DNA of 64,000 bases, taken from Camelus ferus. Its lineage: Eukaryota. Under the pieces are notes generated by a model. The model was not told the origin of the DNA and made no database searches. It saw only the letters and a list, made by a program, of their open reading frames with translations. Below are positions 25,714 through 39,100 of the stretch, piece by piece. The position numbers were made by a program, and so were the translations under genes. Where the stretch lies: contig NC_045698.1 of NCBI RefSeq assembly GCF_009834535.1, positions 58,652,001-58,716,000 on the forward strand, written 5' to 3'. Positions within the stretch are counted from its first letter, which is position 1, and each line of letters starts with the position of its first letter.

Positions 25714-26809
25714 CCTTTCTTTTTTCCCCTCCCCTTTCCTCTCTACGTTGGCAGAATTCATGAAAGATCTACTCTAGTATGTAAATCAGTTCTTGCTAAA
25801 TGCCTGGTAATGGAGTTCCTTCCTTTTTCAAAGCTGTTGTCAGAGCTACTCACACGTCCTAGAGAGACACTTACTCTGTCTCCTTCTCATGTTTAAAATC
25901 CAACTACAGTGGGCAAAAATAACATATTTGTTTACTTGTCATTCAGACTGCACTGTAAATAAATCATCTGATAAATTACTCCCCAAAAAGAACAGAATGA
26001 GATTCATTTCCCTTGATGTTGGATGGGTGGAGACGGCAGAATTACTCTCTGAGCTGGGGTGACTGCGCTGGTCTGCTAACTTACCTGAGTGCTAAGAGAT
26101 TCACGTGAAGTCATGCCCTATCTAGCGTCTGCATCTTGGCATGAGTAGGTGAAAAAAAAAATAAAAGAGTAAATTTGATTTTAATTAGTTCTACGCTGGG
26201 TCTTTGGTCTCAGTTTTACCTTGGTAAGCCCTTGCTAACTGACTTCGGTCCCTTTCGCACGTTCTTCAGGACCAAGGCACAGATTAATCACTCAGATCTC
26301 TATGAACCAGACTTTGAACAACAGAAAATCTGTCCTCTTGAAATGAAATTCAAATCAGGCAAATGGAAAACTGTGCCCATGTTTTCCACTCCCGAAAAAA
26401 ATATATATGCTCATTTCAGTTTAGTTTGGGGTTTATATTGTAAAATCTGTAGCTTGTTCCTTTTTTTTTTAAATGAAATAATATATGTAAAGTGCTCAGC
26501 AAAGCACCTAAAGTAAATGGCTAGTAAATGGCAGGAGAAATTATTCTTGGAGGTGGTGGTAGGGGTGTTGTTACTATCATTTATTGTCTTTTATAGTCCA
26601 GAAATCGCTAGTGTTATAAAAAGCACAAAGCAATTTTTATGTTTTAATCATTTTTAGTATATATCAGCCAAATGCCTAGTTTGGGCATGTGGAGGAGATG
26701 CAGCATCTGAGGGTTTGGTTTGATCCTCTTAGCCACTCCATATATGTGTGCCCTTTGTGTGTGCTGCGTTAGGGAGCAGCAGTTTTGTGATTCCGATGAT
26801 GTCTTTGAA

Positions 26810-27000
26810 GTTGTGCAGACCTGGTTTCTGTCCTGGTTAGAACATTGTGTGACCTTGAGCAAACCCTTTAACTGCACAGAGTTTTCTTATTTTGTAAAAT
26901 GGGAATAATGGTGGTAAGGATTTATGAGACCCTATGTATCTCACACTTGGCAGCATCCCGACCACACAGAAATGACTCAATAAATGGTAGAGCCACACTC
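26810..27000 (+). mobile_element. MIR SINE fragment
   Basis: tgtgaccttgagcaaaccctttaac...tgtaaaatgggaataatg...ctcaataaatggtag. Confidence 0.7.
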
Positions 27001-28329
27001 TTAATACACCCAAAACCTCCCTTCTCCTCTGCTGAGAGACACAGGAAGCCTTCTTTGATCCTGCTCAGGGTGAGACTGCCTCCTCTTCCTCTAGCAAAGA
27101 GCTGGGGCGCCTGTTCACTGGTTCTCGGAGAAGCTGAGAAAGCAAGCCAGATGGTAAGCATCTATATCATTGCTTCTTCTCCTTGATTTTTTCCCCAGAT
27201 TTACACTAGGTCATTAGTAGTCAGTGAGAGTCAGGTAATTAAAACTGCTTTTGTTAAAAAAAAAAAAAAAAAAAGCAAAAATAATCACTGTTAGTGAATA
27301 GAAAGTTTTGAAATATTAAAATTTAAAACTTACGTGACAAATTCTCTCTGTAAGTTCGCATTTGTCTCTTACTGGAGATTTCAAGGAAAATATTTCTGTT
27401 TTAGGAGTTTAATTCTATCATGGATTCAGTGTGATTCTTTTAAAAAAATTTCCCTTTGAAATGCTGGAATACTGAGGGCAGTGTTCATACTATAGTTCCT
27501 TGAAGTGTGAAGAATTAGTTTTAATATCCTATAAATTGTTTTTCCTTGAGAACATTTTGGGGGCAATTAGTAGAAATGTGCTGATGTTTTCATGGATCCA
27601 TTTTTCCCTATAGCCCTATTTATATCATATTTGATTTGTGAGGTATTAAATAATTCATATCTCAGGTTTACTCTTATATGTAACAAGAAATTACAGGGTA
27701 ATTTTCTATACTGAATTTTATACACTAAAAAATATGATTGAACTTGGATTTTATTTGGCAAAGAGGTGATAACCATGGGAGTGTCTATATTCTGCTGCTG
27801 AGGGGTTTTACAGTTCCTTAGGAAAAATCTTTCTGAGGAAGACGGTTATTCTTTCATGAAAAAACAGTTATCTATTGCACTTCACATTTGTTGCTTCATT
27901 TTGAAGAAATAGGTGACTGCTCAATTCCTTGTTGAGACAGGGCAGACCTGCACAGGATGTACTTAATATTAGAGGATATGGAAATTTGGACATGTGTTTT
28001 TTTTTTTTTTTATTGAGACCATGTAAGAAGTCTGTCTCCATGGATCTTGTGAAATTGCAATTTCAGTGTTAATCTAAGAGACATTTGTAAGAACAACCAC
28101 AAAAGCTATTCTTCTTCTCTGGGTTAGGGCAAGGCTCAGAAAAGCGCCCCTCCTGTGCATAAGTGAATCTCAAGGGATTTGGGCTCAGGTGGGATAGGAA
28201 TGGAGTGGAAGACAGCCACAGGGCAGCAGAAATTGAAGTTTTTCCTCCGACTGCTGCTGTCCCTTTATGAGGAGATGGTTATGGTCATTTAAAGTAACCA
28301 TAATGCCCCCGTACCATCATGTTTGCTGA

Positions 28330-28595
28330 GAACATTTATTTATTATAAATGCTAACATGGAGTTTTCTCTGTGCCATGCACCCCTCTGATCACCTGGTCA
28401 ACAGTAACTCATTGAATCTTCGTAACAACCCGATGAGCCGTGTACCTCATTGTCATCCCCAGTTTACGAGCGAGTGAACTGAGGCGTTGCTCCAGTTAGT
28501 GCCTCACCCACAGTCTCCCAGCTAGCAAGTGTCTGAGCTGTGCCTACAATCCCAGATACTTTAGCTGCAGTGTCCATGCTGTAAGCACTCTGCCA
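28330..28595 (-). mobile_element. MIR SINE
   Basis: ctcattgaatcttcgtaacaacccgatgag...catccccagtttacgagcgagtgaactgaggc...cccagctagcaagtg. Confidence 0.75.
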
Positions 28596-29325
28596 TCCTG
28601 CTTCTCCAGGAGCTGCTTTAGTCTTTCTTCTCAATGAGAAATGGAACTGAATAGAGAGAGAAGATGGGTGACAGACGAAGAGAATCTACAGCAGCCTGTC
28701 ACCCATTCAAGGCCACCAGTGTGTGCATATCCAGCGTCCTTTCAGGCCCAAAGGTGAGGCTAGGACTGATTGCAGCCACCTCTTATTAATGCAACAAGCA
28801 TCAAACCAGAATTCAACGACCTTAATTAATTGACTTGTGGTTACATTCTTCCAGATTATTCAGTATTTTGTAAAGAATGCATAACATCTAATCAGTTAAG
28901 GACTACCAGTGACTTTGAATTACATATTACTTTGAATAAATCAGCGTTGGTTTAACAAACCTTTATTAGTTATTAATGGCTCTATCTTTGTTAGTATAAA
29001 AAAAAACCTTATTGATATTGGTTTATTTTAAAGTGGCTATAATTTGAAGCAATTGCCAAGATCTCTTAGGGTTTTTTTTTTAAGGTCCTGGAAGAACAAA
29101 TGACTGAGCAGCTAAGTCTTTGTGTTGGCACTTTGACTTCTCACTGGATCACCCAGAGTCAGTTTTAAGGATTATAAAGAAATGAGAGAGGGAAAAATAA
29201 GGATAGTTTTAGGAGAATTTCCCCCATGTTTTTTAAGAACTCTTGTTCTGAAAGTATTTTCCACTGCTAATATACTATACGATGACCCGGCCCAGTGATC
29301 TTGCACGAACATGTAGGGGGCGGGG

Positions 29326-29367
29326 GTGTGTGTGTGTGCGTGCACGCACGTGCACGTGTGTGTGTGT
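29326..29367. repeat. 42-bp perfectly alternating purine-pyrimidine tract (GT/GC/AC), Z-DNA-competent
   Basis: gtgtgtgtgtgtgcgtgcacgcacgtgcacgtgtgtgtgtgt; contains the palindromes GTGCGTGCACGCAC (29336-29349) and CACGTGCACGTG (29347-29358). Confidence 0.9.
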
Positions 29368-31599
29368 CTGGTATGAACATGTAAAGGATAATCTTGCCAC
29401 TTACCCATGACATAACACACAGAAATGCCACACTCAAAACTGAGACCTTATGATCGAAAACAATTTAACTTTCTTAGACATCTAACTTTAGTGATCTAAG
29501 CAAAGATCACTAAAGTAAGGCCAGGACCATGACCCTCAGGAAAATTGAAGTCCCACTTGCCGTTCTCACTGGCGTGCCCCCCAGGTAAGGCCCTCTCTCT
29601 GCCTCCTGTCCCGCCTCACTCGCACGCGCATACGTGTGCACACACAGCCATGCACATTCACATCCTGATGCTGCCTTTATAATACACAACAGCCCATCGG
29701 AAAATGAAGAGCTGATGTCAGGTGACTGAGTACCTTTGTCTACTCTGACATCTAACAATTTGTCTCATTATTCTGCCTGCCTCCAGAGAGGCCAAAACCA
29801 TCAGCAGTTAAATTGACTGACTTGTTTTTTTTTTTTTTTTAATCAAATTGCTTGTTCCTTAGCTAAAGTCATCTGCTTTGGCAATGGCTTAACGCTGCCT
29901 GTGACCAACTCAGAGGCTTCTCCTTCTCTGCACACCCCTTTCCAGAATTCCCTCACCGCCTTCCCTGCATTCCCTCTTGCAACCATTCCTTTTGGAGTGG
30001 GGCTCTCAGCCTCCTCTCTGTGGAATTTAAGTTCACATTTCTTATTAACCCATTGCCTCTCTGACACGTTTGGGTGGAAGACCTCTTTCTAATTCCTATT
30101 AAGTATAAATTACTATATGGCTCACAGGGGACACAAACTCATTTGCAAAATTCTGCAATCCTCAGTGGCCTTTCCTGTCAATAGGGTCAATGAGCTCTTG
30201 TGTCTGATGAGCAAGTGAGCGAGTGAGGGGTGACAGAGTAGGAGAGCAAGAGGTGCTATCCCTCCTCTTCATGTATTTAATATTTACCTTCCTGATACTG
30301 AAATGGGCCTAGTTTTGAGACTTCTGAGAGGCCCAGTGCAACACCTCCCATGCAGAGGGAGCCCAGCAACGATACCAAGTTCAGAGAGCCGTGGTGACTT
30401 TCAGGCACATAGCGATGCTCTGCCAGAAGACCGAGTTTTAGGGCTATATTCACATCAGGGGCAAGTGACAAATGTCGACACAGATGATTTACTTCTCTGA
30501 AGGCTTTTACCTTAACACACGTGAATGGGAAGAAGGAATGGGAGAAGCAGGTTCTGTGTTTTGTGGGTTTTTTCCCCCCAATAAATGTTTTTGAAGGTGT
30601 CTGTAGCTATCATCTTTGACCCTTTTGAAAGTGAGTCATTTGTTGGTCCCCTTCAAAGTTTTAAAATACTTCAGTATAAATCTCTGATGATCAATGCTTT
30701 CTTGTCATTCTTTGATTAAATGAACAACATTATAGAAAGTAGAAGAAATGCTTTGGAGTCTTGGTCTCCCGTTGACATTCGAGGGCTTTTCATGTGTAAG
30801 GTCCATCAGGGTTAATGAAAGTTACCCCTGCAACTCCTTAGGCACTGGTGGGAGAACAGAGGATTCCCTTTCTATTTAGATGGCGTCTCCACACAGAGGG
30901 CCTGACCTGTGGGAGAAGGGGAGGGCACAAGGTGGATGAACTGGAAGCTCACCCACACAGCGGGTCATGCCAAACTGAAATTAACTTTTCTCTGTGTCGT
31001 CTTCCTAATTAACATTATGTAACCAAACTACCAGAATGGAATATTATTTAAATCTTTTCATCCCATTGGAACATTGACTCTGCCCTCACAAAGCACAGTG
31101 AATTGAGGCAGAGGAAAACCTGAAGATAATCACTTGGCACAAAATACATAACAAAATAACACTGGTTTTTGGAAATCACAAGATTTTAAAATTTCGAGTG
31201 GAAAGGCCAAGCCATGTGTTCCTGGATTCATTTTCTGTAAGGTCATATTTCATCACATCTGATATTCATCCCTAAACATTTGTGCTTCATTATCATAAAT
31301 GAAAACTGAACCTCCCTGCAAGATGTGCCCCTCTCAGAGAGCGGACACCGGACTGGAGGGATCGCTAATTTGACCTCACAAGGTGGCCACTGTAAGTGAC
31401 TCTACTTGACTCTAACAGAAAACATGACTCACAGACAGTGCCTACAAGGTATGTATAAAAATGTGTCAAGACCTTTGCACCAGGTTCATCAGAACCCAAA
31501 ATTGTTTGACAGCATTAGAAACTACTTTTGCCAAGATCTGAAGCCTGTCAGTCGAGTCAGACAAGATGGTTTCTGGGCTTATCTGAAATCTCACTATAG

Positions 31600-32122
31600 C
31601 CTGTGAGGCCCCATCTGATGTGGCCTGCCATCCCACCCCCACCTGAGTATCTCCTCCTTCGTGCTTCCCTGCCTCCCTGCAGTCACCCTGGACCCTTCCT
31701 GTTCCTCCACACACCAAGCACCCTTGTGATGTCAGGGCCTCTGTGCTTGCTGTTTCCTCTGGCCGGAAGCTTGCCCCCTGCATGGTCATAGTTCATTCCA
31801 TCAGTGATGTCACACTTTGGCTTAAAGTCATCAAAGGTGCCTTCCCCATCATCACTTGCAAAACAGCACTCCATCACCTGATGTCCCCCTTCCACAGCTT
31901 TATATTTCTCCCCATCATTTATCACCATCAGACAAATTATATATATATATATATATATATAATATTATATATATGTATTTTAAATGTCTCCTTCTATACT
32001 CCCCACCACCATAATGTGAGATCCACAAGGGCTCATCTTGTTCACTGCTGTTTCTTCAGTTCCCAGAACAGTAGTTGGCCCATAGCAGACCCTCAGTAAG
32101 TATCAGTTGAATGAATAAATGA
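31600..32122 (+). mobile_element. L2 3' end containing a (TA)n microsatellite
   Basis: ggacccttcctgttcctccacacaccaagc...cagggcctctgtgcttgctgtttcctctg...ttgttcactgctgtttc...gttgaatgaataaatgaa. (TA) run at about 31938-31975. Confidence 0.85.
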
Positions 32123-32169
32123 AGGCTTTCTCCTTTGACCAATTCCTAACATCTGCCTCATTGTTCTCT

Positions 32170-32395
32170 AGTTAATGGCAGGAACTTGACTTTGTAGCTG
32201 AAGACCTGTGTTTAAATCCCAATTTTATAATTTATGAGTTACAAAAAACTGGAGCAAGATAAATGATATCTCTGAGTTTAATTCTCCACATCTGTAACAT
32301 TGTTATGATAATATCTGTCTTATTGAGACATTTAAAAATATAAATCAGTGTCTACTACACAGTCACTTTTAATATATAGATGCTGAAAAATATTG
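32170..32395 (+). mobile_element. MIR SINE fragment
   Basis: gaagacctgtgtttaaatccc...tctctgagtttaattctccacatctgtaac. Confidence 0.55.
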
Positions 32396-35300
32396 AAACC
32401 CTCATAATCTAGTAGGCAGAATTCTCTTCTGTAACTTGTGGAGTTTAAGAATTATCACTTTTTAAATTCTTTTTCTAAAGCAGATAAAACAGCTTCAAGT
32501 CCCTTCCTAACTAGATAGAGAGAAAGTCAGTATTAGTGATAATTTGGGAATCTCCTACAACTCGGGTCATGTAAGAATTCCAGGGTCTTACTCATTCCAG
32601 ACTGTTTGATGAAGTGCCTTCCAGCCTTCAGTCCACACTGCCACCCTGAAAAGTTCATTGCCTGAGACACCAAAGTCCCTTGAAAGCAGGTAGCTCCACT
32701 GCTCCAAACTGGACACTGAGGACCTAGTGTCCGCCCTCTCCAGGTCCTGTCATAACTGCTCCCATCTGAGGTCTAGATGCCTCTTGTGATGCTGCATGAG
32801 ACCAGTTTCTGTTCCTGTCACTTTCAGAACCAGCAAGACCCTAGCCTCTTCTTTATCTTATCTCTCAAAAAACTCTCCAAACCCCTCTCTATTCTTGAAT
32901 TAGCTCACTTTGGACACTCCTAATCCTTGGCAATCACCTTCCTGTCGCCCAGTACAGCCCCATCCTGTATAAGAGGCCGGACTTTTCCAAACCAAAGTAC
33001 TGGGTCAGGCTGTCTCTGGAGTCTCAGAAACTTAACAGCTTCTAGTCACAGAAAGACCAAGACTTGGCGATTTTCTTACGGTGTGTGAAGGGAAAGTACG
33101 TCTATCAGCAAGAAAATACCACAAATGATCCCATTCATAATCCTGCCCAAACGGAATCCAGTCAGAATGCCGGAAAGCAGGGGCAATACACCAGGAGGTC
33201 TTTTATCCCAAGCTAACCGTCCCATAAGCGGAGCTCAGCCTCAGCTCAGAGCTCCTGCAGGTTGAAGTGTCAGGTGCTTTTCAGGCTTTGCCAGCCAAAG
33301 GGTCCAGTCAAGGAATAGGAGGCAATACCTATAGTAAAACAAGCTTTGTGGTCCCGAGGCCTCATGAGAATACCTGCAGGAACGCTTCCCTAAGTTAGTT
33401 GTCTCACTTCTACTTCTAATTCCTTCTCTATTTGAGTGATGCTTTTGCTTCTCTAGTCAGCTTATGCTTTCAAGTTCCGGGCACAGAAACACATTCTCCC
33501 ATGTTGTCTTCTGGGAGGCTGTTGAAATGAAGCTGGACAAATGGCATTACTACTTCTGATCGTCTCTGAATAATTCCGTGTAAGCAGCCCACTATTCATG
33601 ATGCTGTGATTGTCCAAGGGACAGAGGGAGAAACATACTATAGACCAGGAAAGGGTGAGAAATAGGAGTCTTACAAAAACAATTCAGAGAAGACATCTCC
33701 CACTCCTCAGAAGAATGTCCATGACACAAATAAAATGTGTTGATAATACATCTAGCAAGAGAATGTGAGGTGGAGGAAATAATTCTTCTGGGACAGGAGT
33801 GAGAAAGAGTTCAGGGGCTTGGGGGTACCAAGGAATAGAAAAAAATCACAGAATTCTTAAGAAGAATGACGATGGACTAGGTATTGCCATCCTCATCAGA
33901 TGTTTATCTGGAGATCTAAGTAGAGATAGAAATCCTTAGCTGAACTATATTTCTCCAAAGGCAAAATAAGTTTAGAACTAAACATGGATGTCCAAATTTA
34001 AGAGCATTACATTAAGGCCAGTATAATACATTTCATGAAACTCAACATATTGAGTCATTTGGCCTTTTTGCTAGTTGCAGTGTCTGTCAATATACCATCT
34101 TCACAGGGATCACAATTCCTCTTCCTTTCTCCATTGTAACTTTCAGTTATAGCAATTTTCAGTATAAGGAGAAATAAGATTTTGTACACTGAGCTCAACA
34201 TCTCAAGCCAGAACAGAATATCTAAATTAGTGTTATTATTCTCAGATTTTTAAAAAATGGCTTCCTAGTTTGGAAATGGCACAATACTAATGCCATATTT
34301 TAAAGCTTATATATGAAAACATTTCTATTCTTAATTATAAATAAAAGAAGAGTATTTCTTTTTTTATCTGATTGCCTTATCAGAGTTGCCTTCCTGCTTT
34401 TCTATTGTGTCTGCTCACTCCAAATATTAAGCACAAATGTGGGGCCATCAATTTAATTATTTTAGTATCAAACTATCTGCTTCAGTTATCATAAAGTTTA
34501 AATACTTAGCAACTGATTTGGATAAAAAGCCACATGGCACCAAAATGAATAGAATGTGTCTGATCAGTCATTCACCTGTGTATACTACCAACATCTCATC
34601 TGTTGGGCCATCAGAATAGCTCGAGCCCACCTTCCAGCTCTGTTAATCTCACACACAATAACCTGTTTTGCCTGAAAACCATATTAAGCTGAAATTCGCC
34701 CCTGCTGCCATTTCATCTCTCCCATTTCAATGGTCTCATTTTTATCAAAATGAAATTGTTTTATTTTTAATAACCAAGAGTAATATAAAATTTAGAAAGG
34801 TATCATTTACACCTGTCTTCACTAATCAGAGCTTGAATGAGTAGGTGTAGGTAGCTGTAAAAGCCTTTGGAAGAGAGTTGGATAGTGGTGGGTGGAGCTT
34901 ACTGAGCATTGTATTTGAATAATATGATGATGTTGTGTATGGTCCAATCAATGTATTTCACTCCTTACAACTTTTCCAAAAGTCAACATTTAGAAATAAA
35001 ATTATCCACAATTTAGGTAGTCTTGCAAGATTATTTCTTAAAAGCCTGAGAAATATCTTTTCATCCGGCTTTTTTATAGAATATGAACAAGATGTCCTTG
35101 TTCTGCTTTCAAAGGAATTTAAAATTGTTTCTGATTCCATATAACTCAGAAGTAATTCTGAATATTTTTATAAAATAACAATATGCAATTTCCGCTAGGC
35201 TTAGAGGCACAAAATCACTATTGTCACTACGGAGTTTCTTAATGATTTAGCTGGGTTCCCAAATGGACCTGAATACATGTGTGTGACATAGATTGTCTGT

Positions 35301-35469
35301 GACTTCTATATTCCTCTGATTTAGTTCCAACAGGAGAAGAGGGAAAAAAGAGAATCGAAGTTCAAGAAAAATCTTCAGCAGTATAGGCAAAAACAGATAA
35401 ATTATACATGAGAAGAAAGAAATAATATTTTATGAGCTGTACAGAGTTCTGATAGACATGCTTTTGCTC

Positions 35470-36020
35470 AAAAACTCCCTATTGCCTACAGTATCACAAC
35501 CGAACTCCAAACTCCTTAGCAAAGTCATCAAGTGTCAAAAGAGTTGTTCACTCTTGACTTCTATCACTCCTCCTCAAGCAGCTTAATTATACCCAGTCCA
35601 GGTACCCCATGCCATAAAAAAAATGTCCTGCATTCGCCACCTTGATGCTTTTTCTCTTACTATCTTCCTGTCTGAGATGTGTCAGTTGTATCAGACCATT
35701 CCTGTCCCTCTTCTGCTGCTACCCCAACTGAATGCATCTTTCAAGGCTGTGTTTCAGTGGTTTCTCCTCTGGGAAGTCTTCTGAAATTCAGCCAGAAGAA
35801 ACCTCCCTGATTTGTTCTGGTGGAATTCTGTTGACTTTCTGTTCATATTCATCATAGTCCAACTTTTATTATGGTTGTGCACTTTACTTTTCTTCATTAG
35901 ATTGTAGAATTCTTAACAGTAGAGAAGATGCCTTATTCATTTTCTATCTCCCCATGATCTTAGTGCAATACCTTAATGGTAGTGGGACATCAAAAAATAT
36001 TTGTTGCATTCAACTGAACT
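35470..36020 (+). mobile_element. L2 fragment with 3' end
   Basis: actccctattgcctacag...tccaaactccttagc...cattagattgtagaattc...aaaaatatttgttgcatt. Confidence 0.7.
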
Positions 36021-36460
36021 AAATTAACACTAACTCCACAGAGAATCCAATAACTGAGATGAAATATTTGGTATATTTATTAAGTAGATTTCTGTCTCTC
36101 TGCCTCTTTTCCTTTTAAGTGAATTTGGGATATTTAAAACCATTAAGGAAAAAATTAGAGGTTTTAAAAATTAGTCATAAGCCTCTTTTTCATAATATTC
36201 TGATAAATGTTGAAGTGGATAGAAAGATGAAATAACCTGAAATCAGCATTGTGTGGTCCTCAAAATTTATATTGGGTGTGATTGTGAAAAATTACTAGGG
36301 AGATGGCTTTGGGGCTAATGATTTCACACGTTATTTAAATTGTCTGTCATTCAGAAGTGGCAAGCCTTGGTGTTCCACCTTGACTGAACTTGAAGCCCTT
36401 CTCAAAGGGAGCCCTCCAATCTGAAGAGACAAAGTTGTATAACCTTCTTAATCACCACCT

Positions 36461-36853
36461 NNNNNNNNNNNNNNNNNNNNNNNNNNNNNNNNNNNNNNNN
36501 NNNNNNNNNNNNNNNNNNNNNNNNNNNNNNNNNNNNNNNNNNNNNNNNNNNNNNNNNNNNNNNNNNNNNNNNNNNNNNNNNNNNNNNNNNNNNNNNNAGA
36601 TNNNNNNNNNNNNNNNNNNNNNNNNNNNNNNNNNNNNNNNNNNNNNNNNNNNNNNNNNNNNNNNNNNNNNNNNNNNNNNNNNNNNNNNNNNNNNNNNNNN
36701 NNNNNNNNNNNNNNNNNNNNNNNNNNNNNNNNNNNNNNNNNNNNNNNNNNNNNNNNNNNNNNNNNNNNNNNNNNNNNNNNNNNNNNNNNNNNNNNNNNNN
36801 NNNNNNNNNNNNNNNNNNNNNNNNNNNNNNNNNNNNNNNNNNNNNNNNNNNNN
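36461..36853. other. Assembly gap (N) with a 4-bp island AGAT at 36598-36601
   Basis: Directly read. Confidence 0.98.
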
Positions 36854-37479
36854 AAAGTCTGAATTAGAAGTGCAAGTCCTCTGTTATCTGGATTAAAATG
36901 TGATCAGAACAACAACAAAAAAATGTCATTTAACCTCTTGAGAAGTGGAGATGTGGAGGAATTGAGTTCCTTTTGAATTAAGACCTAAGCTTCCTCGTTA
37001 CATTTAGATTTCACCATCAGAGATGATTTTTATTAAAAACAATAATAGGAATAAATAATTTTTCCTCTAAACCCTTGCAGTTTTTTGGTAATGTTCAAAT
37101 AAAGTGTTAGACTTTTTGATTGTCTCTACTTTCACAGAGAAGTACTACAAGAAGGTGGTGATCAAATGTCCGTCCTCATTTTATCCAGGGCAAATGTGGT
37201 GCCTTATTTTCTACCTCCATCGATAATTTTTAAGTGGAAAATTCAACTTCTGCGATTGGTGGCTATCTAAGAAGCCCCTTGGAATGTAAAAATAACTCTT
37301 TCCTCATGCTAATTTAACCTATCTTAGTGCAAATATCAAATGTTTTAAAAACTCAGTTAGCGGAGAAATAGTGAACCAAACTCATTCCTTTAAAAATAAA
37401 CAGACACATGTAAGTCAACTTGCTCATCTGCAGATCTTTTTTTCTTTGTGATAAACGACCCTTTTTTGAGTCTATACAT

Positions 37480-38270
37480 AAAGATGGACAAAATAATCTG
37501 GGAAAAAGGGGGAAAAATGGCAATCTGTCATAGCACACAGTCACACACCAACTACTGCTATTTTATTCACATTAAAAGAGTATATATGTTGCTGCTGCCC
37601 AGTTATTGTGCATGTGAACTCGCCAGATCTAGACGTATTTGCCCAATTAATTACTCTGCTGTTCAGCAATGATGGGTAATGGTCCAAGCAGCCTGCTCCT
37701 CCTCAGATCACCGGTGGAATTCATGCACGCACAATGTCCTCTCTTCAGAAAATGATCCCAACAAGCTCTATAATTATTTTTTTCTTTTGAAATAAAGGCA
37801 TCTATCCAATTATATGTTAAAACAGTTTGTAGGAGGAGAAGTGGAAATGAAGGAGTATCTCTCTCTCTATCGCTTTACCTTTCTGGATAGAAAGCTGGAA
37901 GGCGAGCCCCCCCCCCCCCCCCCCCCCGCCACTACTCTTTCCAGGAGCAAACTTCGATATTAAAAAATAATTGCTGATCAAAATTGTTCATCATTACCCT
38001 TAATTATTCTGTTGGTTTTCAGTAGTTTTCTCCGTGAATACGGATAAAGGTGCGCTCTTCCACGTTCAATTACACATGCTGTCCCTCCGTGCTGGTATGC
38101 GGATGACTAAGCTTATGATGTAGCGGATCAAACAAAGAACCCTCGCGAACATCTGCACCGCAGTCCAGTAAACTGGGCTAATTAGCATTGTAATTAACTC
38201 ACGTGATGATGAAAACAAAATCAGAGTAACCCAAGAATCACTTAGAAAGGATACCAAGTGGTGTGTCCTC
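37480..38270. promoter_or_regulatory. Candidate enhancer: motif-dense, CpG-retaining, repeat-free element
   Basis: Palindrome GCTAATTAGC (38177-38186), SOX-type CATTGT (38186-38191), TAATTA (38191-38196), TCACGTGA E-box (38199-38206), AACAAAG and TGACTAA nearby; CpG frequency visibly above the flanks. Confidence 0.55.
37907..37927. repeat. Poly(C)21 homopolymer
   Basis: Directly read. Confidence 0.95.
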
Positions 38271-38419
38271 CGCCCCCTGCTCTTTGTTTCCAGTGATGGA
38301 GGGAGCCCGGAGTCACAGCCTCGTCCCAGCCCCGCAGCTCCCCACCTCCCAGGGGCGCAAGCCACATTCTCTGCCCAGGCCTGGACAGCAAAGTATGCGT
38401 AGGGCTCTCCTGTGTCTGC

Positions 38420-38446
38420 TGTCAGGATGTCAGGATGTCAGGATGT
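38420..38446. repeat. Short tandem repeat (TGTCAGGA)x3
   Basis: tgtcaggatgtcaggatgtcaggatgt. Confidence 0.9.
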
Positions 38447-38959
38447 TGCTAGGATTTTAGTGTAGGGCTGGATGTTGCCAGTTAAAGGTAGCTAAGGAAA
38501 AAGGGCTTCCTCCTTTGCCTTTGCTGAAATGGACAGACAGTTCTCTTTGTCAGCATGAGAACTGCAAGCAAGAATGAAGATGTGGCCTTCTTTCTGCATG
38601 GACTTAACAGCTTAGTTGGGGTTAAATGTTAAGTGTAGTACCTGGAGTTCTACTCCTGTGGGTTGACACCCACATCGCTTATAAAACAGAAATTCCTGAA
38701 TGGGGCCCACAGGCCTAAACGGCTTTCTCTGGAAGTTTATAGGTAATGGATAAGTCATCTTGCTACTTGATGCAGGATTTTTACTAATTTTATGCAACTA
38801 GGAAAAATAGTTCCCAGATTTCATCCAGAGCAAGGAAGGACAGAGACTCTCAAAGTCAAAGGGAAAAATGGCCATTGCAGGAAAACAAGCCAATATTTGG
38901 AACAGAGTAATTCACTCTTTAGGTAACTTTGTGTCAGCTAAGATGAATAATTCCTTATT

Positions 38960-39100
38960 TATGCCATTTGATTCTTACCATTACCCTGCAAAAGGACTAC
39001 AGAGTAGGTATGTTTAATTCCTGTTTCACAGAATAGGAAATGGCCTCAGAAGTGCCAAGCAACAGAGAATGTCATCCACAGAGAACATAGTTCTCAGGCT
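38960..39100 (-). mobile_element. MIR fragment
   Basis: attcctgtttcacagaataggaaatggcctcagaagtgccaagc. Confidence 0.5.
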
